From contig NC_086104.1 in the NCBI RefSeq assembly GCF_963921235.1, forward strand, positions 3,038,001 to 3,102,000: a stretch of 64,000 bases of DNA, in the 5' to 3' direction. Origin of the DNA: Mobula hypostoma. Lineage: Eukaryota. Positions 26,108 through 38,760 of the stretch are shown piece by piece (positions within the stretch are counted from its first letter, which is position 1; every line of letters begins with the position of its first letter). A program made the translations under genes and the position numbers. Under the pieces are notes generated by a model. The model ran no database searches and was not told the DNA's origin. It was given only the letters and a program-made list of their open reading frames with translations.

Positions 26108-26877
26108 CATAGAAACACAGAAAACCTACAGCACAATACAGGCCCTTCAGCCCACAAAGCTGTACTGAACATGTCCTTACCTTAGAAATCACCTAGGCCC
26201 TCTATTTTTCTAAGCTCCATGTACTGTAGAAAGCAGCCAGTGAGTGAGTGGACCAGTGAAGGAGTGGAGCTTTGAGGCTTTGACTCGAGAGATTCTGGCA
26301 GTTTTGGCAGTTGGACTGTGCAATCAAGTCAATCAAGATTTGAATAGCTCACACTCAGCAGAAAGCAGTATTAAGTAATGAACCAGGTCAGGTCACAATC
26401 TTTCAGTGGGTGAGCATCTGGGCAACAATGACCACTGCTCCCTGGCCTTTAACATCATCATGGAAAAGTATAAAATCAGAGAGGACAGGAACATTTTTAA
26501 TTGGGGAAGGGCAAATTATGAGGCTATAAGGCTAGAACTTGCAGGTGTGAATTGGGATGATGTTTTTGCAGGGAAATGTACTATGGACATGTGGTCAATG
26601 TTTAGAGATCTCTTGCAGGATGTTAGGGATAAATTTGTCCCGGTGAGGAAGATAAAGAATGGTAGGGTGAAGGAACCATGGGTGAAAAGTGAGGTGGAGA
26701 ATCTAGTCAGATAGAAGAAGGCAGCATACATGAGGTTTAGGAAGCAAGGATCAGATGGGTCTATTGAGGAATATAGGGAAGCAAGAAAGGTTTAGACGGG
26801 GCTGAGAAGAGCAAGAAAGGGGCATGAGAAGGCCTTGGCAAGTAGGGTAAAGGAAAACCCCAAGGCATTCTTCAATT

Positions 26878-27910
26878 ATAGAAACATAGAAACATAGAAA
26901 ATAGGTGCAGGAGTAGGCCATTCGGCCCTTCGAGCCTGCACCGCCATTTATTATGATCATGGCTGATCATCCAACTCAGAACCCAGCCTTCCCTCCATAC
27001 CCCCTGACCCCTGTAGCCACAAGGGCCATATCTAACTTCCTTTTAAACATAGCTAATGAACTGGCCTCAACAGTTTGCTGTGGCAGAGAATTCCACAGAT
27101 TCACCACTCTCTGTGTGAAGAAGTTTTTCCTAACCTCAGTCCTAAAAGGCTTCCCCTCTATCCTCAAACCGTGACCCCTCGTTCTAGACCTCCCCAACAT
27201 CGGGAACAATCTTCCCGCATCTAGCCTGTCCAATCCCTTTAGGATCTTATACGTTTCAATCAGATCCCCCCTCAATCTTCTAAATTCCAACGAGTACAAG
27301 CCCAGTTCATCCAGTCTTTCTTCATATGAAAGACCTGCCATCCCAGGAATCAATCTGGTGAACCTTCTTTGTACTCCCTCTATGGCAAAGATGTCTTTCC
27401 TCAGATTAGGGGACCAAAACTGCACACAATACTCCAGGTGTGGTCTCACCAAGGCCTTGTACAACTGCAGTAGTACCTCCCTGCTGCTGTACTCGAATCC
27501 TCTCGCTATAAATGCCAGCATACCGTTCGCCTTTTTCACCGCCTGCTGTACCTGCATGCCCACTTTCAATGACTGGTGTATAATGACACCCAGGTCTCGT
27601 TGCACCTCCCCTTTTCCTAATCGGCCACCATTCAGATAATAATCTGTTTTCCTATTTTTGCCACCAAAGTGGATAACTTCACATTTATCCACATTAAATT
27701 GCATCTGCCATGAGTTTGCCCACTCACCCAACCTATCCAAGTCACCCTGCATCCTCTTAGCATCCTCCTCACTGCTAACACTGCCACCCAGCTTTGTGTC
27801 ATCCGCAAACTTGGAGATGCTGCATTTAATTCCCTCATCCAAGTCATTAATATATATTGTAAACAACTGGGGTCCCAGCACTGAGCCTTGCGGTACCCCA
27901 CTAGTCACCG
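26878..27910 (-). mobile_element. Young CR1 inserted in the opposite orientation into the host CR1
   Basis: Open RT C-terminus [13 protein letters not shown]...GYGGKAGF with a (tttctatg)n tail; host sequence resumes at 27911 with a small deletion and no TSD. Confidence 0.93.
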
Positions 27911-28253
27911 CAAAAGGATGACAAGAGTGAAGGTAGGACCGATTAGAGATAAAGGTGGGAAGATGTGCCTGGAGGCTGTGGAAGTGAACGAGGTCCTCAG
28001 TGAATACTTCTCTTCGGTATTCACCAATGAGAGGGAACTTGATGATGGTGAGGACAATATGAGTGAGGTTGATGTTCTGGAGCATGCTGATATTAAGGGA
28101 GAGGAGGTGTTGGAGTTATTAAAATACATTAGGATGGATAAGTCCCCGGGGCCTGACGGAATATTTCCCAAGCTGCTCCATGAGGCAAGAGAAGAGATTG
28201 CTGAGCCTCTGGCTAGGATCTTTATGTCCTAGTTATCCACGGGAATGGTACCG

Positions 28254-29680
28254 TGTCATAAGGCGGTGGCTGGGAATGGAGCCAAGTACAAGACACAGAC
28301 AATGAAGTACTAGGGACAGGACTAGGATACAGGGCGATGGCAAGGACATGGACAGGAAAACCAGGAACCTGGAACAGGACTGGACAAGAGAGCTAGGAGC
28401 CTGGGGTTGGAATCCGAGCCAGAGACTGGACAAGGACCCAGTACCTGCATCTTGCCTCTGGCTCGGACCCCAGAACTAGGCAAGGACGAGGCTAGAGCCT
28501 TCAGGCTTGAGGCTAGAGATAAGAGGCAAGGCTTGGCAGGAGGCAGGAGGCTGGAGACTTCAGGCTTGAAGCTAAAGGCTAGAGACTTGGCTTGGCTTGG
28601 CAAGAGGCTTGAGGCTAGGCAGGATGCTGGGGTCTTCAGGCTGGAGGCTGGAGGTGGGGGTCTTCAGGCTGGAGGTGGGGGTCTTCAGGCTGGAGGCGGG
28701 GGTCTTCAGGCTGGAGGCTGGAGGCGGGGGTCTTCAGGCTGGAGGCTGGAGGCAGGAGGCGGGGGTCTTCAGGCTGGAGGCAGGAGGCGGGGGTCTTCAG
28801 GCTGGAGGCTGGAGGCAGGAGGCGGGGGTCTTCAGGCTGGAGGCTGGAGGCAGGAGGCGGGGGTCTTCAGGCTGGAGGCTGGAGGCGGGGGTCTTCAGGC
28901 TGGAGGCTGGAGGCTGGAGGCAGGGGTCTTCAGGCTGGAGGCTGGAGGCTGGAGGCAGGGGTCTTCAGGCTGGAGGCTGGAGGCAGGGGTCTTCAGGCTG
29001 GAGGCTGGAGGCTGGAGGCAGGGGTCTTCAGGCTGGAGGCTGGAGGCTGGAGGCGGGGGTCTTCAGGCTGGAGGCGGGGGGTCTTCAGGCTGGAGGCGGG
29101 GGGTCTTCAGGCTGGAGGCGGGGGGTCTTCAGGCTGGAGGCTGGAGGCGAGGCGAGGCTGGAGGCAGGAGACTTGAGGCGAGGCTTGGCTCCTCCCGGGC
29201 AGGCGCGGTTCACCACCCGACAGAGGCAAGGGACAGGAAGGGACAGAACCAACCACAGGTAACAGCAAGACAGCCTGGCTTACCTGGGCAGAGGCAAGGG
29301 ACAGGAAGAGAGCTAGGTACAGGGCGGCTCCAGGACGAGACTGCAGGCGAGAATTACCAGCAAGACAAGGCGAGGTTTCTGGCAAGGCAAGGCGAGACGA
29401 GACGAGAACTTCAGGCGAGGCGAGAGTTACCGGCAGGACAAGGCAGGGCTTCAGGCGAGGAAACAGAAGGCAGGGGAAGGGATACAAGGAGTAAGGACAA
29501 GAACAATCCAGCAGCCACGCCCTGGTCTCTGAAGGTATTTATGCAGCCAGCCCCAACGAGCATCAGCTGCCTCAATTAGCTCAACAAGAATAGAGACAGG
29601 GTAGATAGGAAAACCTGGAGCAAGGGTCAATGGACCGGACCGTGAACCGGAATACGGACTACACAGACCGGACTATAACA
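28254..29680. mobile_element. Solo LTR-like element (1427 bp) with an internal gggtcttcaggctggaggc repeat (about 28627-29165)
   Basis: TGTCATA...TATAACA termini; 5-bp TSD TACCG (28249-28253 / 29681-29685) splitting the CR1 codons GMVP|EDW. Confidence 0.88.
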
Positions 29681-31497
29681 TACCGGAGGATTGGAGGGAG
29701 GCGAATGTTGTCCCCTTGTTCAGAAAAGGTAGTAGGGATAGTCTGGGTAATTATAGACCAGTGAGCCTTATGTCTGTGGTGGGAAAGCTGTTGGAAAAGG
29801 TTCTTAGAGATAGGATCTATGGGCATTTAGAGAATCATGGTCTGATCAGGGACAGTCAGCATGGCTTTGTGAGGACAGATTGTGTCTAACAAGCCTGATA
29901 GAGTTCTTTGAGGAGGTGACCAGGCATATAGATGAGGGTAGTGTAGTGGATGTGATCTATATGGATCTTAGTAAGGCATTTGACAAGGTTCCACACGGTA
30001 GGCTTATTCAGAAAGTCAGAAGGTATGGGATCCAGGGAAATTTGGCCAGGTGGATTCAGGATTGTCTTTCCTGCAGAAGGCAGAGGGTCGTGGTGGAGGG
30101 AGTACATTCGGATTGGAGGGTTGTGACTAGTGGTGTCCCACAAGGATCGGTTCTGGGACCTCTACTTTTCGTGATTTTTATTAACGACCTGGATGTGGGG
30201 GTAGAAGGGTGGGTTGGCAAGTTTGCAGACGACACAAAGGTTGGTGGTTTTGTAGATAGTATAGAGGATTGTCAAGGATTGCAGAGAGACATTGATAGGA
30301 TGCAGAAGTGGGCTGAGAAATGGCAGATGGTGTTCAACCCAGAGAAGTGTGAGGTGGTACACTTTGGAAGGACAAATTCCAAGGCAGAGTACAAAGTAAA
30401 TGGCAGGATACTTGGTAGTGTGGAGGAGCAGAGGGATCTCGGGGTACATGTCCACAGATTCCTGAAAGTTGCCTCACAGGTGGATAGGGTAGTTAAGAAA
30501 GCTTATGTGGTGTTAGCTTTCATAAGTCGAGGGATAGAGTTTAAGAGTCGCGATGTAATGATGCAGCTCTATAAAACTCTGGTTCGGCCACAATTGGAAT
30601 ACTGTGTCCAGTTCTGGTCGCCTCACTATAGGAAGGATGTGGAAACATTGGAAAGGGTACAGAGGAGATTTACCAGGATGCTGCCTGGTTTAGAGAGTAT
30701 GCATTATGATCAGAGGTTAAGGGAGCTAGGGCTTTACTCTTTGGAGAGAAGGAGGATGAGAGGAGACATGATAGAGGTATACAAGATATTAAGAGGAATA
30801 GATAGAGTGGATAGCCAGCGCCTCTTCCCCAGGGCACCACTGCTCATTACAAGAGGACATGGCTTTAAGATAAGGGGTGGGAAGTTCAAGGGGGATATTA
30901 GAGGAAGGTTTTTTATTCAGAGAGTGGTTGGTGCGTGGAATGCACTGCCTGAGTCAGTGGTGGAGGCAGATACACTAGTGAAGTTTAAGAGACTACCAGA
31001 TAGGTATATGGAGGAATTTAAGGTGGGGGGTTATATGGGAGGCAGGGTTTGAGGGTCAGCCCAACATTGTGGGCAGAAGGGCCTGTACTGTGCTGTACTA
31101 TTCTATGTACTCCAGGAGTATCTTAAAAGACCCAATGGTATCCACCTACACCACCGTTGCCGGCAGCCCATTCCACGCACTCACCAGTCTCTGCGTAAGA
31201 AACTTACCCGATCTTTCGGCTCCTCATTGGTCATTGTACCAAACAAGCTGCTAATCACGTTGTCCCTCAGACCACTATCGCCGATACAATCGATTCCTCA
31301 TTGATGACATGATCTATTGTTAGTACAAAGAAGACAGACCCATTCTGTTTCTATATCACGCTCTCCCCATGACCCCAGTCCCCACGCTGAACCCCTTTCC
31401 TCCCCAGATTGGTTGCTGGGAAGTGCAGGCTCATTGAACCAGATGGGCCTGTCCCGTGCCGTATCTCTAAATAAATAATCATTGCTGTCTCGGCCTG

Positions 31498-32108
31498 TGT
31501 AAGGGGTTTCTTCTTTTATGTTACAGCGTATGTTCATCAAAATGGCTTCTTTGTTATGTTAAATGCTGAGAAAGTTCTCTCGCTGCAGCTTGTTTGGGTT
31601 ATATCATCGATAAGAGAGCAAATGAACAAATGGGTGTCCATGTTATTCTTTGTCGGGGTGATATTCTGTCTCATGCGGCTGGGAAACGGGGGTTTTTGGC
31701 GGGCTTTTGGAGGAGAGACCGGGAGTAAGATGGACGTGCTGGGAGCGCTCTGCTCGATCACCTTGGGTATTCCTGAGCGGCGAGTCGAGGGGGTCGGAGT
31801 GGATCGCAGAGTGAAGAGAGAAGACCCCGGGTATTTGAACTCCAACTGTGTGTGCACGAAGAAGCTGAACTTTGGTAAGTCTGGTGCCTTTTTCTTTTCC
31901 TTTTATATTGTATCTCTATTAATCTCATAGTCCTAGTAAGATTTATGAAGTGTAATCTGTAAAGTGTACATTGTGTGCTGGCTGATGATTGATGTTTGAG
32001 GTTGTACCAGGTGGCATTGCACAGCAACTGACACAACCGGGAGACACGGTCGGGCGGCAGACGGGGTTTCCCCTGGATAAATACGAGCCGATATAGCTGA
32101 GCGTTACA
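31498..32108 (+). mobile_element. Solo LTR (611 bp, Gypsy-like)
   Basis: TGTAAG...GTTACA termini; 4-bp TSD CCTG (31494-31497 / 32109-32112). Confidence 0.85.
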
Positions 32109-32849
32109 CCTGTTCCGCGGTGTATCTCTAAATAAATAATCATTGCTGTCATATCTGCTTCCAGTATTGCCCCAACACCCACCACTCTCTGTAAAAAAAT
32201 AAACTTTCTCCAAATATCTTCTTTAAACTCCCCCCTCCCACCACACTTTTAATGCATGTCTGAAGGCAGTGCGAGGCTGGACAGAATCTTTTTCCTTGCA
32301 TTAGGGTGGAAAGGTCAGACAGTAGAAGGCGTGCGTTCAAGGTGAGAGGTGGGCAGGTGAAAGGAGAGGTGCACAGTGAGTTATTTGGTGGGGGCCTGGA
32401 ATATGCCACCAGGAAAGCTGGTGGAGGAAGATGTGACAGCAGTGTTTAAGAGGCTGTTCGATACAGAAATGAACACAGGTGGGGAATGGAGAGAGATGGA
32501 CCCTGTACAGGCAGAATGGATTAGTTTCAACTGCAGAGACATGGTGGGTTGAATGGACATGTGGAGAGCATTGTTCGGGAGTCAGGGGCCTGACAACAGT
32601 GAGTCTGACAATCTGGGGCCAAGGACTGGAAGCACGGAGGCAGCCTGTCCTGGGGCCAGAGACCTGTATCTGGGTATGGGTACGTGAGAGGAGAGGGGCT
32701 TGTTTTGCTGTTATTGTTCAAGTTCAAGTTTATTTGTCATTCCACCATACATGAATACCCATGCATGCAGCCAGACAAAACAGTGTTATTCCAGAGCCAA
32801 GATACAAAACACAATACCAACAGTCATACACATCACAAGGCACACATAA

Positions 32850-33120
32850 GATAGCAAACACATATAAAATAGCAAGCACATATACAATGGCAAGCACATA
32901 TAGGATAACCAGCACACATAGGATAACAAGCACATATAGGATAGCCAGCACATATAAGATAGAAAGCACATATAGGATAGGCAGTACATATAGGATAACA
33001 AGCACATATAGGATAACAAGAATATATAGGATAGCCAGCGCATATAGGATAACCAGCATACTTATAGGATTACAAGAACATATAGGATAACAAGAATAAG
33101 ACAGTAAGCACATATAGGAT
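32850..33120 (+). repeat. 18-bp minisatellite (agcacatataggataac[a/c])
   Basis: About 14 degenerate units, giving STYRIT/LYVLAI repeat ORFs. Confidence 0.85.
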
Positions 33121-33184
33121 GTGAACATTTGCACATTTTGTTGTATTCCATGCTCTACAAGCTCTTTCATTGATCCTGTTATAA

Positions 33185-36100
33185 GGCTATAAGACCATAA
33201 GATAAAGGAGCAGAATTAAGCCATTTGGCCCATCAAGTCTGCTCTGCCATTTCATCATGGCTGATCCAATTTTCCTCTCACCTCCAATCTCCCTATATCC
33301 CTTCATGACCTAACCGATCAAGAATCTGTCAACCTCTGCCTTAAGTATACAGAAGGACTTGGCCTCCACAGCTGCCTGAGGCAAAGAATTCCATAGATTC
33401 ACCATTCTCTAGCTAAAGAAATTCCTCCTCATCTTCATTCTTATATGATGCCTCTGTATTCCGAGGCTGTCCTCCTCATCCCTGTACTAACTGGACATCC
33501 TTCTACTCTGAGGTTGTGTCCTCTGGTCTTAGACTCACTCACTATAGGAAACATCCTCTCCACATCCACTCTTTCAAGGCCTTTCACCATTTAATAAGTT
33601 CCAATGAGGGCACCCCTCATTTTTCTGAATTCCAGTGAATACAACTCAGAGCGAGCAAATGCTCTTCATATTGACAAACCATTCAAAACTCTTCTTAAGT
33701 TAAGGGGCCCAAAACAGCTCACAAGAGAGGCCTTACCAGTGCTTTATGGAGTCTCAGAATTACATCCTTGCTTTTATATTCTAGTCCTCTTGAAATGAAT
33801 GCTAACATTGCATTTCCCTTCTTCACCACAGACTCAACAACCAAATTAACCTTTAGGGAATCCTATACGAGGATTCTTAAGTCCCTTTGCACCTCAGTAT
33901 TTTATGTATTTTCTCTCCATTTAGAAAATAATCAATCCTTTAATTTCTTCGACCAAAGTCACTTCTCAACATTGTATTTCATCTACCATTTCTTTTCCCA
34001 TTCTCCAAGTCTCCCTAAGTCCTTTTACATCCTCTCTACTTTCTCCAAACTACCTGCCTCTCCATCTATCTATATATCCTAAGACCATGAGACCATAAGA
34101 TGTAGGAGCAGAAGTAGGCCATTCGGCCCATTGAGTCTGCTCTACCATTCAATCATCGGCTGATCCAATTCTTCCAGTCATCCCCACTCCCCTGCCTTCT
34201 TCCCATACCGTTTGATGCCCTGGCTAATCAAGAACCCATCTATCTCTGCCTTAATTGCATCCAATGACTTGGCCTCCACAGCCACTTGTAGCAACGAATT
34301 CCACAGATTTACCACCCTCTGACTAAAGTAATTCTCTGCATCTCTGTTCTAAATGGACATCCTTCAACCCTGAAATCATGCCCTTTGTCCTAGACTCCCC
34401 TGCCATGGGGAATAACTTTGCCATACCTAATCTGTTCAGGCCTTTTAACATTCAGAATGTTTCTATGAGATTCCCATCAATCTCCTGAACTCCAGGGAAC
34501 ACAGCCCAAGAGTTGCCAAGACGTTTCTCATATGGTAACCCTTCATTCCTGGAATCATTCTCGTGAATGTTCTCTGAGCCCTCTCCAATGTCAGTATATC
34601 TTTTCTAAAATACGGAGATGAAAACTGCACACTGTACTCCAAGTGAATATCATCTGCAAACTTTGTGACAAAACCATCAATTCTATCATCCAAATCATTG
34701 AATCGGTCCCAACACAGAGCCCTGCGTAACTCCACAAGTCATTAGCAGCTAGCCAGAAAAGGCTCTGTCTATCTCCACTTTTTGCCTCCTGCCGTTCAGC
34801 CACTGCTTTATCCATGCTAGAATCTTTCGGGCAATACCATGGGTTCGAACTTGTTAAGCAGCCTCATGTGCGGCATCTTGTCAAAGGCCTCCTGAAAATC
34901 CAAGTACACAACATCAAACAATTCTCCTTTGTCTATCCTGCTTGTTATTTCTTCAAAGAATTCCAACAGATTTGTCAGGCAAGATTTTTATTGAGGAAAC
35001 TATGCTGCCTATGGCATTCAAGTGCCCTGCAACCTCATCCTTAATATTCAATTCCAGCATCTTCCCAATCACAGAGGTCAGGTTAACTGGCCAATAGTTT
35101 CTTTTCTTCTGCCTCTCTCCTTTCTGGAAGAGAGAAGTGACATATGCTATCTTCCAGTCTTCATTCCAGAATCTAGTGATTCTTGAAAGATCATTATTAA
35201 TGCCTCCACAATCTCTTCAGCCACCTCTTTCAGAAACCTGGGGTGTACAGCAACTGGTCCAGAAGACTTGTCTACCTTCAGACCTTTCATTTTCCCAAGA
35301 ACTTTCTCTCCAGTAATGGTAACTTCACACACTTCATGTCCCCTGACATGTACTTCCACAGTGAAGACTGATGCAAAATACTTATTCAGTTCTTCTGCCA
35401 TTTCCTTGTCCTCTATTACTACCACTCCAGCATTGTTTTCCAGTGATCTGATAGCCACTCTTGACTCTCCTTTGCACTTTATGTATCTGAAGAAAATTTT
35501 CATGTCATCTTTAACATTATTGGCCACCTCACTTTTGTATTCCATCTTTACCTCCTTTTTAGTTACCTTCTGTTGGTTTTTAAAAACTTTCCAATCCTCT
35601 AACTTCCCTTAATTTTTGCTATATTATATGCCTTCTTTTTGCCGGCTGGTGGCGTAGTGGCATCAGCGCCGGACTTCGGAGCGAAAGACTCCCGAGTTCG
35701 AATCCAGCCGGCTCCCTTGCACACATTCCATTCGTGCTGGGTTGAGCGTCGGGCAAGCAACTCAACCTCGTAAAAACAGGAAAACCTGCTGAAAAACACC
35801 ATCATGACAGCCTCCCGATGACTCCACTTGGAGTTAAGGGCTTTCTTCTTCTTCTTCTTCTTCTTCTTCTATATGCCTTCTCTTTGGCTTTTATGTTGGC
35901 TTTGACTTCTCTAGGTAGCCATGGTTGTTTCATCTTTCCTTTAGAATACTTCTTCCTCTTTGAGATGTATATATCCTGCACCTTCTGAATTGCTTCCGGA
36001 AATTCCAGCCATTACCACTCTGCTGTCATCCCTGCCAGTATTCTTTTCCAATCAATTCTGGTTAACTCCTCTCTCAAGACTCTGTAATTCCCTTTACTCC

Positions 36101-37330
36101 ACTGTAATACTGATACATCTGACTTCACCTTCTCCTTCTCAAATTTCAGGGTGAATGCGATTCTATTATGATCACTTGCCTCTAAGCAATCTTTTACGTT
36201 AAGCTCTCTAATCTATTCTGATTCATTGCACAATCCCCATTCCAGAATAGCTGATCCCCTAGAGGGCTCAACTATGAGCTGCTCTGAAAAGCCAAACCGT
36301 AGGGACTTTCGAAATTCCCCTCCTGGAATCCAGTACCAACCTGATTTTCCCAATCTACCTGCATATTGAAATCCCTCATAACGATTGCAACATAACCCTT
36401 TGGCCTGCTTTTTCTATCTCCCATTGTAATATGTAGGCCACATCCTTACTACTGTTTGGGGTCTGTATAGAACTTACATTAGGGAGTTTCTAACCTTGCA
36501 GTTCCTTAGCTCCATCAACAATGATTCAACACCTTCCGACTCCATGTAATCTCTCTCTAATGATTTGATTTAATTTTTCACCAACAGAGCAATACTGCCC
36601 CTTCACTAATAAATCTCCTATCTCTACAGCATGACTCTTCTCCCCACTTCCCTTCTGAGACACAGGGGCAGAGACGTGACCACTGCGACTTTCTTCTGTT
36701 AGGTCATCCCTCTCGACAGAATCCAAAGTGATATAGCTGTTGTTGAGTGGAATAGTCATAGGGGAACTCTGCACTGGCTCCTTAACCCCCTTCCCTTTCC
36801 AGACTAGCACCCAGTTTCCTGTGTCCTGCACCTTGGACGTAACTAGCTCCCTATATGTCCTATCTATCACCCCTCAGCCTCCTGAATGATCCGGAATTCA
36901 TCCAGTTCCAGCTCCATATTCTCAATACAGTTTGTTTGAAGCTGCAGTTGGATGCACTTCTCGCAGTTGTGGCTGTCAGGGAGACTGGAGGTCTCCCTGC
37001 CCCCCACATCCCGTAGGAGGAGCATTCCACCATCATGCCTGATGTCGCGACTGTCCTAGCTGAGTAGATGTAAAGAAGAGAAGGAAAAACCTTGAGCTTT
37101 TCTTTCCTTTGCTTTCTCTGACTGAAGCCTCAAAACGCTAAAGCTTCAGGGTCACCACGGTCGTTGTGCTTGCCCCTGCCTTCTTTTCATTTACTCTTAC
37201 TAATCAATCCCAAAAACCAAATGGTCACTGATCAAACCTTTTTCTTCACTCTACTGACCCACTGCTGTCTTTTATCTTTGGGCAGTGGATCTGATTGAAG
37301 TCCCCTCCTCTCAAAACTTCCGGTTTCATG
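33185..37330 (-). mobile_element. Long decayed CR1 with ORF1, ORF2 and UTR remnants and internal deletions
   Basis: ORF1-like ELDEFRIIQEAEGVIDRTYRELVT at about 36870; ORF2 MAEELNKYFASVFTVE; RT and 3' tail near 33.2-34.9 kb. Confidence 0.82.
35637..35869 (+). mobile_element. tRNA-derived SINE with a (TTC)n tail
   Basis: A box tggcgtagtgg and B box gagttcgaatcc; 12-bp TSD TATATGCCTTCT (35625-35636 / 35870-35881). Confidence 0.88.
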
Positions 37331-37989
37331 ATTGCCACTGGTCACAGTTATAGTTTCTATTCTGTAGGTTTGCAGAGTATGCCCACAGGAAAAATAATCA
37401 GGGTTATATGTGGTGACATGCATGTGCTCTGAAAACATAGTAACTTTGAACTTTGAGTTTGAAAAGGTCAGGATGCTGGGTCCCGAGACGAGGGACAGGC
37501 CAGTTCAGCCCACTACTCAGTGAGGTTTACTCGACTCCGCGCTGAACTGAGGCTGTGGCCTGCAACTTCCGGGCTCCTGCTGACTGGCTTCGTGTCTGTG
37601 GTCTTCAGTTCAGAGTGCTATCTGCTTATTTTTATTGTTTGTGTAATTTGTTTCTTCATGCACATTGGGTGTTTGACGGACTTTTTTCTGAATGGGTTCT
37701 ATTGGGTTTATAACCATATAACCACATAACAATTACAGCACGGAAACAGGCCATCTCGGCCCTTCTAGACCATGCTGAACTCTTACTCTCACCTAGTCCC
37801 ACTGACCTGCACTCAGGCCATAACCCTCCATTCCTTTCCTGTCCATATATCTATCCAATTTAACTTTAAATGACAACATTGGGGTACATCTCATCCGATC
37901 CTGGCGACTTATCCAACTTGATGCTTTCCAAAAATTCTTCTTCCTTTCACTTTTAAAGGCATTCACTTTTAAATCCTTTCACGTTGGAA

Positions 37990-38760
37990 GGACAAACCAA
38001 CGTAGAACATACAGGGTTAATGGTAAGGCACTGAGGAGTGCAGTGGAACAGAGGGATCTGGGAATACAGATACAAAATTCCCTAAAAGTGGCGTCACAGG
38101 TAGATAGGGTCGTAAAGAGAGCTTTTGGTACATTGGCCTTTATTAATCAAAGTATTGAGTATAAGAGCTGGAATGTTATGATGAGGTTGTATAAGGCATT
38201 GGTGAGGCCGAATCTGGAGTATTGTGTTCAGTTTTGGTCACCAAATTACAGGAAGGATATAAATAAGGTTGAAAGAGTGCAGAGAAGGTTTACAAGGATG
38301 TTGCCGGGACTTGAGAAACTCAGTTACAGAGAAAGGTTGAATAGGTTGGGACTTTATTCCCTGGAGCGTAGAAGAATGAGGGGAGATTTGATAGAGGTAT
38401 ATAAAATTATGATGGGTATAGATAGAGTGAATGCAAGCAGGCTTTTTCCACTGAGGCAAGGGGAGAAAAAAACCAGAGGACATGGGTTAAGGGTGAGGGG
38501 GGGAAAAGTTTAAAGGGAACATTAGTGGGGGCTTCTTCACACAGAGAGTGCTGGGAGTATGGAATGAGCTGCCAGACGAGGTGGTAAATGCGGGTTCTTT
38601 TTTAACATTTAAGAATAAATTGGACAGATACATGGATGGGAGGTGTATGGAGGGATATGGTCCGTGGGCAGGTCAGTGGGACTAGGCAGAAAATGGTTCG
38701 GCACAGCCAAGAAGGGCCAAAAGGCCTGTTTCTGTGCTGTAGTTTCTATGGTTCTATGGC
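37990..38760 (+). mobile_element. CR1 3' fragment
   Basis: EQRDLGIQI...RPNLEYCVQFWSP ORF at 38043-38513, followed by a CR1 3' UTR. Confidence 0.88.

Larger units (their letters stand above)
26370..31108 (+). mobile_element. CR1 LINE ORF2 (EN end to RT to 3' end), interrupted by two insertions
   Basis: [22 protein letters not shown] and a 390-aa open RT ORF at 29880-31052; same subfamily as 54420-56822. Confidence 0.93.

Noticed and set aside
28407-29579. 390-aa Gly-rich ORF
   Set aside because: Internal repeat expansion of a solo LTR.
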